Shown in pieces: positions 36,749 to 45,492 of a stretch of DNA of 64,000 nucleotides. Position numbers and translations under genes: made by a program. The notes under the pieces are model-generated. The model worked only from the letters and a program-made list of their open reading frames with translations, was not told the DNA's origin and made no database searches. Each line of letters begins with the position of its first letter. Position 1 is the stretch's first letter. Origin of the DNA: Myxococcota bacterium (lineage in GTDB: Bacteria > Myxococcota_A > UBA796 > SXON01); assembly GCA_040386535.1 (NCBI GenBank), contig JAZKFH010000042.1, positions 160,001-224,000 of the forward strand, given 5' to 3'.

Positions 36749-38398
36749 TCAGAACGCCGGGCCCAACTCTGTCGCGCCGGTGCTCAACACGAGGTCGTCC
36801 GGGCCCACGTACACCGGGCGCTGTTCGTTCTTGCCGACGCGGCGCAGGGCGCGGGCGACGTAGGCCTGGGCCTCGGCGGCGGTCACCTTGCGATCACGCG
36901 TGCCGTCGAGCTCGCCGTCGGCCCAGCCGCGCAGGGCCCCCACCGCGTAGTAGGTGAACGCGCCGTGATCGGTGTCGGGGAGCGGGCCGGAGATCTGGTC
37001 GGGCCCGGCCGCGTTCCATTGGGCGCCGCCGACGTTGGCACCGCCCGATTGGGGCGCGAGCGCGTAGGCGGGGACGACGAGGCGGGTGCCACCCACGATG
37101 GAGGCCCCGGATCGGCCGGCGCCGACGTAGCACGTATCGAGCACGAGCAGCGGTTTGGCACCCGCGGCGCGAACCAACTGTTCGATCTCGGACACCCCGA
37201 CGCCCCGGGTGGAGAACGCGGCGAGGTCGGCGCGCACGTCGTCCCCGAGCAACATTCGCTCGCCGGTGCGCGGGTTCGCGGCGCCGTGCCCGGCGAAGTA
37301 CACCCAGACGGTGCCCCCCTTGCCGGCCTCGCTCGCGGCGCGCTCGACCGCGGCGAGGATCTGCTCGCGGGCGCCGGTCTTGAGCGTCTGGATGTTCTGC
37401 ATCGGGACGCCGCGGGTGTAGACGAGCAGGTCGTCGAACGCATCTGCGTCACGCCGGGCCGAGGGCACGCCCGAGCCCAGGAACGGGTAGTCTTCGAGGC
37501 CGATGACGACGGCGCTCTCGTTCGGGGCCTTGGCGCCGGTGCGGACGGGGCTGTCGAGCGAAGGGTAGCGGGGGCCGGCGGGGGTTGCGACGACGGGGGT
37601 TGCGACGGTGGGAGGCACGACGACGGGCTTGGTCGCGGGCGCAGCGACGGGCGGCGCCGAGGGCGTCAGCAGGAGGTCCGCGAGCCGGGTGCTCGTCTTC
37701 CGGGGGACCTCAGCGGGGGGGACCGCGGCGGGGGGGGCCTCGGCGGGCGGGATCTTCGGGTCGAACGAGAGGCTGCGGTAGATGCTGTACTCGTCCTCCT
37801 CCTCGGCGACCGCGTCCTGCGTCTCGTTGCCGGGGCCCGCGCGGAGGCGCCCCACCCGCGCACCCGCGTTGTTTCGGAACCAGGTGTTCACCGCGGTCGG
37901 CACCGACGAGTCGTGGCTGATGTCGAGCGTGTCGAGGCCGCCGCCCGCGTCGTAAGCGGCGTGGACGTAGACGCCCCGGCCGTCGTGCCAGTACGCGCCC
38001 CACCCGTCGTCGACATGCGGCTCGCCGAGCAGGCCCGCCACCTCGCGCTCGCCCATCCCCCACCGCACGCCGAACGGCAGCGTGCCCTCGTAGCGCCCCG
38101 CGGGGCAGTCGTAGGACGCCTCGTCCTGGTCGTGCAGCCGGACACGCGTGACGATGTCGCTCACGGCGAGGCAGACGCCCGCGCCCTTCGCGCTGAAGTC
38201 GAAGAACGCGTTCGGGGTCTTGCGGAGGCGCGCCGTCTTGACGAAACGCGCGGCCGGCCCCTCGTAGATCGGCGTGCCGAGCAGCTCGTAGAGGGCGTCC
38301 CCCTCGATGACGGACGACGCGCCCTGGGAGGCCGACGGCGGCCGGCTCGTGTCGGGGGTCTGCGCGAAGCCCACGGCCGAAAACGCGAAGAGGAGCAT
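36749..38398 (-). CDS. Exported caspase-family (peptidase C14) protein
   Basis: Signal peptide MLLFAFSAVGFAQ; AVVIGLEDY, YFAGHG and VLDTCYVG His-Cys dyad, HGAFTYY. Confidence 0.88.
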   Translation of the reverse strand: MLLFAFSAVGFAQTPDTSRPPSASQGASSVIEGDALYELLGTPIYEGPAARFVKTARLRKTPNAFFDFSAKGAGVCLAVSDIVTRVRLHDQDEASYDCPAGRYEGTLPFGVRWGMGEREVAGLLGEPHVDDGWGAYWHDGRGVYVHAAYDAGGGLDTLDISHDSSVPTAVNTWFRNNAGARVGRLRAGPGNETQDAVAEEEDEYSIYRSLSFDPKIPPAEAPPAAVPPAEVPRKTSTRLADLLLTPSAPPVAAPATKPVVVPPTVATPVVATPAGPRYPSLDSPVRTGAKAPNESAVVIGLEDYPFLGSGVPSARRDADAFDDLLVYTRGVPMQNIQTLKTGAREQILAAVERAASEAGKGGTVWVYFAGHGAANPRTGERMLLGDDVRADLAAFSTRGVGVSEIEQLVRAAGAKPLLVLDTCYVGAGRSGASIVGGTRLVVPAYALAPQSGGANVGGAQWNAAGPDQISGPLPDTDHGAFTYYAVGALRGWADGELDGTRDRKVTAAEAQAYVARALRRVGKNEQRPVYVGPDDLVLSTGATELGPAF

Positions 38399-38506
38399 GC
38401 GGACAGAGTGGCCGGTCCCCGCCTCGGACGCAAGGGAATGCCCTCCGTGTCCCGGCGGTGTCCAGGTGAGTGGGCGCCGCCGCGCCGACGCGCTACCGGG
38501 CGCCTC

Positions 38507-39646
38507 ATGCTCCCGCGCACCTCCCCTCCCCTCGCCCCCGTGGCCCTCGCCGGCCTCGCCCTCGCCGCCCTCGTCCTCGGTGGCGCCTGCACCGACGCCC
38601 ACGCCGCGCGTCGTAAGGCAAAGCCGACTGACGGCATCACCGTCGTGGCGCCCAAGTCGCTGTACCTGCGCAACGCGTTCGACACCGACCCGTCGTTGTA
38701 CATCGGCCGCTTCCTCGACGAGGGGCTCCCGCTCGACCAGCTCGACGAGGCCGCGGGCATGCAGAAGTCGTGCTCCCGGTTCGTGAAGTACAAGACCGTG
38801 GGCGGCGGCGGCGTCGTGTACGACGAGTACTACAACGCCTCGACCACCGCGAGCTTGAGCGCCCAGATCCCCGAGATCGCCACGGTCGCCGTGGGCGGCG
38901 GCGTCGGGCGCACGGTGCGGGTCAAGTACCAACTCGACACGAAAATGGTGTCGTACATCGACGACCCGGGCGCGTTCGAGGCGTGCTGCATGCGCGCGCC
39001 CGACCAATGCAGCAGCCGCTACATCGGCGAGTTCCTCTCCGGCACCGGCGCGGTGTACTTCGGCTCGGGCCGCCAGATCGGCGCGGACATCGGCATCGAC
39101 GCGGTGATCCCCGGCCTGGACACCAAGGTGTTCCCCAAGCTGGAGGTGAAGGACGCCCAGACCTGGGAGCGCTCGATCGCGTTCACCCAGCCGGTCTACT
39201 TCGCGTTCAAGCTGTACCCGAACAGCTTCGTCGGCAAGCTCCCCGATTGGTCGTGTGACAGCACCGAGGTGCCACGCTCCTCGCTCGGCTACTACTTCGT
39301 GGGGGTGTCCAACGTGCAGGACACCGCGCAGCTGGCGCGGGACGAGGCCGCGCAGAACGCGCGCAAACAGGTGGTCCAGTTCCTCGGCGAGCAGGTGACC
39401 ACCGGCGCCGCCACCGTGACCTCCACCAGCGGCAGCGCCGCTGAGCTCGGCACCCAGCTCGCCAGCGCCTCGTTCGTGACCACCGCCGCGGAGGGGCTCG
39501 CCCGCTACGTGCAGGTGGTGAAGGAGTGTCCGGCCCAGGTTGCCATGCCGACCGGCTACTCCCACACGTCGCGGGTGTTGGGTTTCGTGCCCGAAGCGTC
39601 GGTGGCCGAGGTCACCACCCTCCTGGTGCAGCAGGTCGGACAGTAA
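38507..39646 (+). CDS. Exported protein: putative gasdermin-like N-terminal domain plus LPP20-like C-terminal domain
   Basis: Signal peptide/lipobox (LGGAC, AHA); a beta-rich ~190-aa domain ending TQPVYFAFKL; then PDW...YYFVGVS...ARDEAAQNARKQVVQFL. The CDS is secure; the domain calls are by eye. Confidence 0.55.
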   Translation: MLPRTSPPLAPVALAGLALAALVLGGACTDAHAARRKAKPTDGITVVAPKSLYLRNAFDTDPSLYIGRFLDEGLPLDQLDEAAGMQKSCSRFVKYKTVGGGGVVYDEYYNASTTASLSAQIPEIATVAVGGGVGRTVRVKYQLDTKMVSYIDDPGAFEACCMRAPDQCSSRYIGEFLSGTGAVYFGSGRQIGADIGIDAVIPGLDTKVFPKLEVKDAQTWERSIAFTQPVYFAFKLYPNSFVGKLPDWSCDSTEVPRSSLGYYFVGVSNVQDTAQLARDEAAQNARKQVVQFLGEQVTTGAATVTSTSGSAAELGTQLASASFVTTAAEGLARYVQVVKECPAQVAMPTGYSHTSRVLGFVPEASVAEVTTLLVQQVGQ

Positions 39647-39647
39647 C

Positions 39648-40868
39648 GTGCGGCTCCGCGCGCCCGGTGTGTGGTCGATCGGCGTGCTGCTGACGCTCGG
39701 CCTCGTGGGTGCGGCCCCTCCCAAGGCCCCCGCGGCGCCCGCCACGTGCGAGAGCGTCCCGCCGGGCAAGAACCAATACCGGCTGGCCGTCGGGTATGCC
39801 CCCTCCCGTGGCAACACCCCCATCCAACGGAACGTGGCATTGGCTGCGGCGCGCGCAAGCGCCGAACGCCAGCTCTCGGATCAGCTGTGCGCCGTGCTCC
39901 CCGCCGAGGCGTGCGCCCGGTACCGGGGCTACATCCAGCCGTGGCAGCCGCCCGGTGTCTACGATCCCGACACGCGGCAGGCGTGCGCCACCGCCGTGGT
40001 CGACGCGTGGCTGCTCCAGCCCGACGCGCTCCGTCGGGAGGCAGAAGCCGCCATGAGCCAGCTCGCCGATGGGCTCGGCGCCTCGCTCGGCAAGGAGGGT
40101 GTGCAGCTCGGGAGCCTCCAACGGTCGGACGGGTGCGCGGTCCCCGAGCTCGACCCGGCGCGCATGTGGGTGCGGTCCCGCCTCGCCGCGGCCAACGTCC
40201 CCGTGTACGGCGCGGACGCGCCCGCCGACATCCCCACGCTCGACCTGCTCGCCACCGTGGCCGCGGGCACGGTCACCCTCGGCGCGACCGTGCACCACGC
40301 CGACGGCCGCGAGACCGGGGTCGATCCGGTCCGCTTCTCGGCCGCCGCCTACGCCGTCCCCGAGGCGAGCGTGTGCGCCGCGGGGCTCGCGGGGCGCCAG
40401 AGCCCCGGCGTCAAGCTCGAGATCGACACCCGCGGCGGCGCGCTGTGTGACGGCCAGCCGTTCGAGCCCCGGCTCACCGTCGATGTCCCGAGCCGCGTGC
40501 ACGTGTACAGCGTGGCTCCCGACGGCTCCGCGTGGCATGTCTGGCCCGAGCCCGACGGCACCGGCATCGTCGCGAGCACAGTGTCGCTCGGAACCTCCTA
40601 CGCCACCGCCCCCATCGTGCCCGGGGACGAGCTGCTCGTCGCGATCGTCATGCCCGCCCAAGCGCCCTTCACCGCGCTCGACGGCGTGAGCGGCTTCTGT
40701 CGCCTGGCCGGGCCCCTCACCCCCGCCCGCCTGCCCGCCGGCGCGCGCGTGGCGCCCGCGTCGTGGCACATCGACACCCGCCCCGGTGCGTGCGGCCCCC
40801 CCGTCGCCGGCCAGCCCACGGTGGCCGAGCTCGCGGCGGCGTTCGCGGCGGCGCCGGTTTGTCGGTGA
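39648..40868 (+). CDS. Exported Cys-containing protein with LPP20-like N-terminal and DUF4384-like C-terminal domains
   Basis: GTG 1 bp after the upstream stop; AVGYAP...AAARASAERQL; PRLTVDVPSRVHVYSVAPDGSAWHVWP...GDELLVAIV. Confidence 0.6.
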   Translation: MRLRAPGVWSIGVLLTLGLVGAAPPKAPAAPATCESVPPGKNQYRLAVGYAPSRGNTPIQRNVALAAARASAERQLSDQLCAVLPAEACARYRGYIQPWQPPGVYDPDTRQACATAVVDAWLLQPDALRREAEAAMSQLADGLGASLGKEGVQLGSLQRSDGCAVPELDPARMWVRSRLAAANVPVYGADAPADIPTLDLLATVAAGTVTLGATVHHADGRETGVDPVRFSAAAYAVPEASVCAAGLAGRQSPGVKLEIDTRGGALCDGQPFEPRLTVDVPSRVHVYSVAPDGSAWHVWPEPDGTGIVASTVSLGTSYATAPIVPGDELLVAIVMPAQAPFTALDGVSGFCRLAGPLTPARLPAGARVAPASWHIDTRPGACGPPVAGQPTVAELAAAFAAAPVCR

Positions 40869-40887
40869 GGCGGCTGCGCTGGTCGGG

Positions 40888-41976
40888 TCAGCCCCTGGAG
40901 CGCCGGCGGTAGACCATCCCCAGCACCACGAGCACCCAAGCGGCACTACCGCCCGGCGCGCCCACGTTGCACCCACAAGTCGCAGGTTCTTCCTCGGGGG
41001 TACCGGTGTCGGGCACGTCGGTGTCGTCGGTGTCCTCCGGCACGTCGGTGTCCTCCGGGACATCGGTGTCCTCCGGCTCGGTGACCGTGAACGCCCCCAC
41101 CAACGTGGCGGACTCCCCGTCCACGTTGGTGACCATGACATCGTGGACGCCGACCGGGAGGCCCGACGGGGAGCGGCCCGTCATTTGGGTGCCATCGAGC
41201 TCCGTCGGGGCGCTGATGGCCAGGCCACCAATCGTCGCGAGCGTGTTGTCCCCGAAGCCGCCGCCGGAGAGGGTCACCTCCGCCGCGTGCCCGAGCTCCG
41301 TCGTCGCGGGCGTGATGCCGGAGAGCACGAGGGGGACGGGCTCGTCGTAGCCCGAGAGCGCGCGGATGACCCAGCTGCCCTCGGCGCCCAGGTCGGCCAG
41401 GGCATGCACCCCGCTGTCGTCCGAGAGCCAGCTGCCCCCACTGGGGGCTTCGGTGTCGATGACGAGGCCGGAGGTGTCCGTGGCGAGGTCCGCGTACGGC
41501 CACACGCCCGGGTATTTCGTGTCATTTGGATCGGGCGCACACACCCAGATGGCGATGTCGCCCGCCTCGACGGTGAGCGGGTACAGCCCACGCTCCGGAT
41601 CGTCGAGCGAGAGCGCGTTGAATTGGTCGGAGGCGACCGTCACCTGGAATGGCGCCTCGGGGAGCGCCCAGTCCGAGCCGCCGGGCAGGTGAACCGCCTC
41701 GCCCTCCTCCAAGATGTCGATGCCCATCGTCAGGGTCGTGACGTCGTGGTCCTGGTTGCCCTGGGAGCTGCCGAGGAACACGAGGACGGTGTGGAGGACG
41801 ATGGGGTAGGCCTCGGGAGGCGGATCCAGCACGATGCCCGCACACTCCGGGTACCCGAGCCAGGCGACATGGTCGGTGGGCCCGAACGCGTCGTCGTACG
41901 CCGTGTCGTTGCGGTGGACGACCTCGGCGCCGAGGGCGGGTTGTGCGACGGCGAGGGAGAGGAGGAGTGCGTGCAT
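40888..41976 (-). CDS. Secreted IPT/TIG-domain protein with MYXO-CTERM tail
   Basis: Signal peptide; LSGITP...VTLSGGGF...DVMVTNVDG; (PEDTDV)n; CGCNVG...WVLVVLGMVYRRR. Confidence 0.85.
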   Translation of the reverse strand: MHALLLSLAVAQPALGAEVVHRNDTAYDDAFGPTDHVAWLGYPECAGIVLDPPPEAYPIVLHTVLVFLGSSQGNQDHDVTTLTMGIDILEEGEAVHLPGGSDWALPEAPFQVTVASDQFNALSLDDPERGLYPLTVEAGDIAIWVCAPDPNDTKYPGVWPYADLATDTSGLVIDTEAPSGGSWLSDDSGVHALADLGAEGSWVIRALSGYDEPVPLVLSGITPATTELGHAAEVTLSGGGFGDNTLATIGGLAISAPTELDGTQMTGRSPSGLPVGVHDVMVTNVDGESATLVGAFTVTEPEDTDVPEDTDVPEDTDDTDVPDTGTPEEEPATCGCNVGAPGGSAAWVLVVLGMVYRRRSRG

Positions 41977-42138
41977 GGGGCACGGTACCACGGGGGCGGC
42001 GACGGGTCGCGGGTATGCACGCTTGGATGGGGCCTTGGGCAACGTCGACCGGGGCCTCCGGGTTTTCCAGTCGGCTTGGGGAGGCGGAGCGGATCCAGGA
42101 TTTTTCCGTGTCCTTCCTGCCTATACTTCTGCATTCCT

Positions 42139-42390
42139 CTATTCCTGCCTTCCTGATTTTCCGGCTCCGAGGCCCATGGCTTCTGTCACCTTCTGATCCA
42201 GCTGGTACTCCTGGGCGAGCTCGCGGAGCGCCGCCCTCTCAAGCTCACTTACGACGATCTCGAACTCGTAGAGGTTGTCGACGATCATTTCCAGCGCGAG
42301 ACGACCTTCGCCGTGGTCCAGCAACGACAGCAGGGATGCCCCCCTCTCGTGGGGGAGACGGGAAGCGAGGTCGTGGAGTGTCTGCGCCAT
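42139..42390 (-). CDS. MafI-like immunity protein (orphan, possibly degraded)
   Basis: LLDHGEGRLALEMIVDNLYEFEIVVS resembles the MafI motif (xxHxExxxAxExxxxxLxExxxxxS); the C-terminus runs into a repeat. Confidence 0.55.
   Translation of the reverse strand: MAQTLHDLASRLPHERGASLLSLLDHGEGRLALEMIVDNLYEFEIVVSELERAALRELAQEYQLDQKVTEAMGLGAGKSGRQE
42140..42169 (+). repeat. 30-bp dispersed repeat, copy 1
   Basis: TATTCCTGCCTTCCTGATTTTCCGGCTCCG; 29/30 identical to 50184-50213. Confidence 0.8.
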
Positions 42391-42745
42391 TCGGAGCGGG
42401 CACTTAGCCGATGTAAAGCCCCTCGCAGCCCGAGCAGCCGCAAAGATGCCGACCCTGCAGGTCCAGCACCGCAAGGCCCCCGAGCCGGCAGCTCCTGCAC
42501 CACCCGCGGCGGATGCAGCTCCGCCCCCGCCGACCACCGCTCGCCCACGACCGCCGGAGCCCCCGCGCCCCTCGGCCGGGCGACCCCCGCGAGCAAAAGC
42601 GTCCCGCCCCTTACACCCGGGCCCGCGGCGAGCACGTTTTTGCCGGCCCGCCGTATAGTCCCCAGGCGTCATCCGACGCGCCGACCGCTACCCCGATCGG
42701 GCGCCGTACCCCCCGGGTACACTACGAAACGAGACGGAGTTTCAC

Positions 42746-43630
42746 ATGCGCACCTTCCTCGCCCTGCTCTCGATCGCCGCCGGCGCCGGTTGCTCGAACG
42801 TCGACAGCATCCAGAAGGGAGATGTGGACGACGACACGGGCGGCCTCGCCGAGACGGACAGCGCGTCGGACACGGACAGCGCGGCCGACTCCGACACCGA
42901 CACCGATGCCGACACGGACGCCGATTCGGATGCCGACTCCGACACGGACTCCGACACGGATGCCGACACCGACTCCGACACGGATGCGGACACGGACTCC
43001 GACACCGATGCGGACACCGACTCCGACACGGATGCGGACACGGACTCCGACACCGATGCGGACACCGACTCCGACACGGATGCGGACACCGACTCCGACA
43101 CCGAGAGCCTCATCGTCGCCGACTCGGTGGCCGAATTCTCCGGCGTCCAGGGGAGCGACGGGTGGTACTACGGCTACGTCGAGCCCAGCACCAGCCCCGA
43201 CTGGATCGAGATGTCGTCGTACCTGTCGGGCGTCACCACGCCGGGCTGGTACAGCGATCCGTCGCAGTACTGGACCTCCATCGCGGACGACGCCGCGCAC
43301 CCCAACGGCCTGGTCACCTCCGAGGGCCGCAGCCCGATGGAGCAGTGGGCGGTCCGCCGCTGGGTGAGCGACCAGGTGGGCGTGTTGCACGTGGCGTCGC
43401 ACATCGCGAAGGTGTACGAGGACGGCACCACCAACGGCGTCGAGGCGCGCATCCTGGTAGACGGGACCGAGGTTTCGAGCTCGCACATCCAGGGGTGGGA
43501 CATCGTCGGAGTGGACGAGAAGGTCGATGTCGTGGTCCTCATGGGCAGCACCATCGACTTCGTCCTGGATCCGTACGAAGCGCAGGATCTCTCCGACCGC
43601 ACCACGTGGACGATCATCATCTCGAGGTAG
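42746..43630 (+). CDS. Lipoprotein with long DTDSDTDA repeat linker and C-terminal beta-sandwich domain
   Basis: Lipobox GAGC; repeat region; FSGVQGSDGWYYGY, AVRRWVS, TNGVEARI, GSTIDFVL. Confidence 0.85.
   Translation: MRTFLALLSIAAGAGCSNVDSIQKGDVDDDTGGLAETDSASDTDSAADSDTDTDADTDADSDADSDTDSDTDADTDSDTDADTDSDTDADTDSDTDADTDSDTDADTDSDTDADTDSDTESLIVADSVAEFSGVQGSDGWYYGYVEPSTSPDWIEMSSYLSGVTTPGWYSDPSQYWTSIADDAAHPNGLVTSEGRSPMEQWAVRRWVSDQVGVLHVASHIAKVYEDGTTNGVEARILVDGTEVSSSHIQGWDIVGVDEKVDVVVLMGSTIDFVLDPYEAQDLSDRTTWTIIISR
42941..43105 (+). repeat. Intragenic 24-bp tandem repeat (6 full + 1 partial) with 48-bp higher-order period
   Basis: GACACSGACTCCGACACSGATGCS units; units 2+3 are identical to units 4+5. 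Confidence 0.9.
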
Positions 43631-43664
43631 ATGGTCGCGGCATGCAGATGCCCTCGCACCTCTC

Positions 43665-45491
43665 TTGAACAGGCCCCGCCGCACGTTCGCGCTCGCGCTC
43701 GCCATCGTGGCGGTGGTGCTCGGCGTGCACGCGCAAGGGCTCGTGGCGAGCCTGCAGGGAAACGCGCTCTTCGGCCATCCGCTCGGCACGTGTGACTCCC
43801 ACCTGTTGGGCCCCGAACACCTCGGCACCCGACGGCCCGACATCGTCGACGCGTGCGACCTCCCCTACTCCCACCGCATCGCGCTCGACGCGCTCGATCG
43901 CATCGGCGAGCGCTGGGACACCCTCTCGCTCCCCGCCTTCCTGCTGCGCGCCCCCTGGGAGGTGGCGGTCGAGTCGCGCGCCATGAACGTGCTCGACTTC
44001 GTGCTCTTCCTCTGGCCGGCCCACGCCCTGTTCGACAGCCCCGGCGCCATCGCGGTGGTGCACGTCGGGCTCGTGGCGCTCGCGGCCGTGGGCGCGTTCG
44101 GGTTCGCCCGGTTCCTCAACGTTTCCGCTGTGGGCGCGCTCGGGGCGGCGTTGGTTTGTGGCACGGCCGGGCCGGTGCTCGAGTGCCTGGCCCGCGGCCA
44201 ATACCCCCAGGCCGCCTCCGCGGTGCCCTTCCTGCTCTACTTTCTCGGCCTCGCCTGGATCGTAGGGGGGCGGAGGCCGGGCGTGCGGGCGAGCGTGGTG
44301 CGCCGCGCGGGGGTGGTGCCCGCCGCTGTCGGAATGGCCCTGGCGGCCCTGTTCTATTGGCAGAACGCGCTCGTGCTCGGGCTCGGCACGCTGGTGTTCA
44401 TCGCGGCCGCCGGCCCCCGCACGGCCTGGGCGGGGCGCCGCCCGCTGCTTGCCGCCGCCGGGTTGACCATCGTCCTCTGCCTGCCCGCCCTGGTGCCCCT
44501 CCTCACCGTGCTGGCCGAGGGCGCGGACGACAAGCTCCGCCTCCTCCCCTGGGGCACGTCGTACGCATCGCAGCTCGCGACGGGCGCGGTCCCCGGTGAC
44601 CTGCTCGACGAGGTCCCCTGGTTCGTCGCCCTCGATCCCTCGCGCGGGTGGGCCCTGCCGCTCCTGCCGCTCCTGCCCGCCGCGTTCCTCGGCTTCCGGA
44701 GCCGCGGGAGCCGCCCCTGGCTCGCGCTCGCGCTGTTCGGCGCCGTGATGGCGCTCGGCCCGCTCCCGGTGGTGCCGACGTGGCTGGGCGGCATCGTCCT
44801 GCCCGAGTTCGGCCCCCTCCCCCGTCGCGAGAACTACCTCTACACGCTCATCTATCAGTGGGTGCCCAGCGCCTCGCGGATGCGCCACCCGCTGCGCTAC
44901 GCGCTGCTCGCGTCGGTGGGGCTCACGTGGGCGGTGGCCCACGGCCTCCCGCGGCTGGAGTCGTGGCGCCGCGGCGCGGGCGTCGTCTCCGTCGGCGCGG
45001 CGCTCGCCTGGGCCCTTGCGTTCGGGCCCTGGCCCGCCGCCCATCACCCCTTCCCGCGCCCCGTGCTCGAGGCCCTCGCCGACTGTCGCGTCCTGGTGCT
45101 GCTCGGCACCCCCGCGCGGGAGGCCCACCGCGACCAGGTGTTGCGGCTGGCGGGGCTCACCTGGCACCCCGTGTGGCCGGTCGACATCCAGGTCGGCATC
45201 CGCGGCGCCGCCCGCCCCGACGCGCGCCAGACCGCGCTGTCCGGCGCCATCAGCGGCGCGCTCGCCATGCGTCTCCAGGGCCGCGCCGCCGCGCTCCCCG
45301 AGGGGGCGTGCGTCGTGTTCAACCCCGCATGGAACGTCGACCCCGACACGGCATGGTCGCGCCTCCACCAGGCGTTCGGCCCGCCGGTCGCCACCGTGGA
45401 CATCGACGGACTGTTGTCCGCGTTCACGACGCAGCCGCCGGTGCGGATCGGGGTGTTTCGGGAGGGTGGGGCCGCCGGGATGGCGCGGTAG
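43665..45491 (+). CDS. Polytopic membrane protein, GT-C glycosyltransferase-like
   Basis: Many TM helices; AFGFARFL...GALGAA, MALGP, SRMRHPLRY. Start uncertain (TTG 43665). Confidence 0.55.
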   Translation: MNRPRRTFALALAIVAVVLGVHAQGLVASLQGNALFGHPLGTCDSHLLGPEHLGTRRPDIVDACDLPYSHRIALDALDRIGERWDTLSLPAFLLRAPWEVAVESRAMNVLDFVLFLWPAHALFDSPGAIAVVHVGLVALAAVGAFGFARFLNVSAVGALGAALVCGTAGPVLECLARGQYPQAASAVPFLLYFLGLAWIVGGRRPGVRASVVRRAGVVPAAVGMALAALFYWQNALVLGLGTLVFIAAAGPRTAWAGRRPLLAAAGLTIVLCLPALVPLLTVLAEGADDKLRLLPWGTSYASQLATGAVPGDLLDEVPWFVALDPSRGWALPLLPLLPAAFLGFRSRGSRPWLALALFGAVMALGPLPVVPTWLGGIVLPEFGPLPRRENYLYTLIYQWVPSASRMRHPLRYALLASVGLTWAVAHGLPRLESWRRGAGVVSVGAALAWALAFGPWPAAHHPFPRPVLEALADCRVLVLLGTPAREAHRDQVLRLAGLTWHPVWPVDIQVGIRGAARPDARQTALSGAISGALAMRLQGRAAALPEGACVVFNPAWNVDPDTAWSRLHQAFGPPVATVDIDGLLSAFTTQPPVRIGVFREGGAAGMAR

Positions 45492-45492
45492 C

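Noticed and set aside
36965..38506. N-terminal extension of the 893-aa + strand ORF
   Set aside because: Antisense shadow of the caspase gene; the real start is ATG 38507.
36749..39823. 1024-aa caspase ORF
   Set aside because: The upstream part is antisense to the real + strand gene; a signal-peptide start at 38398 fits better.
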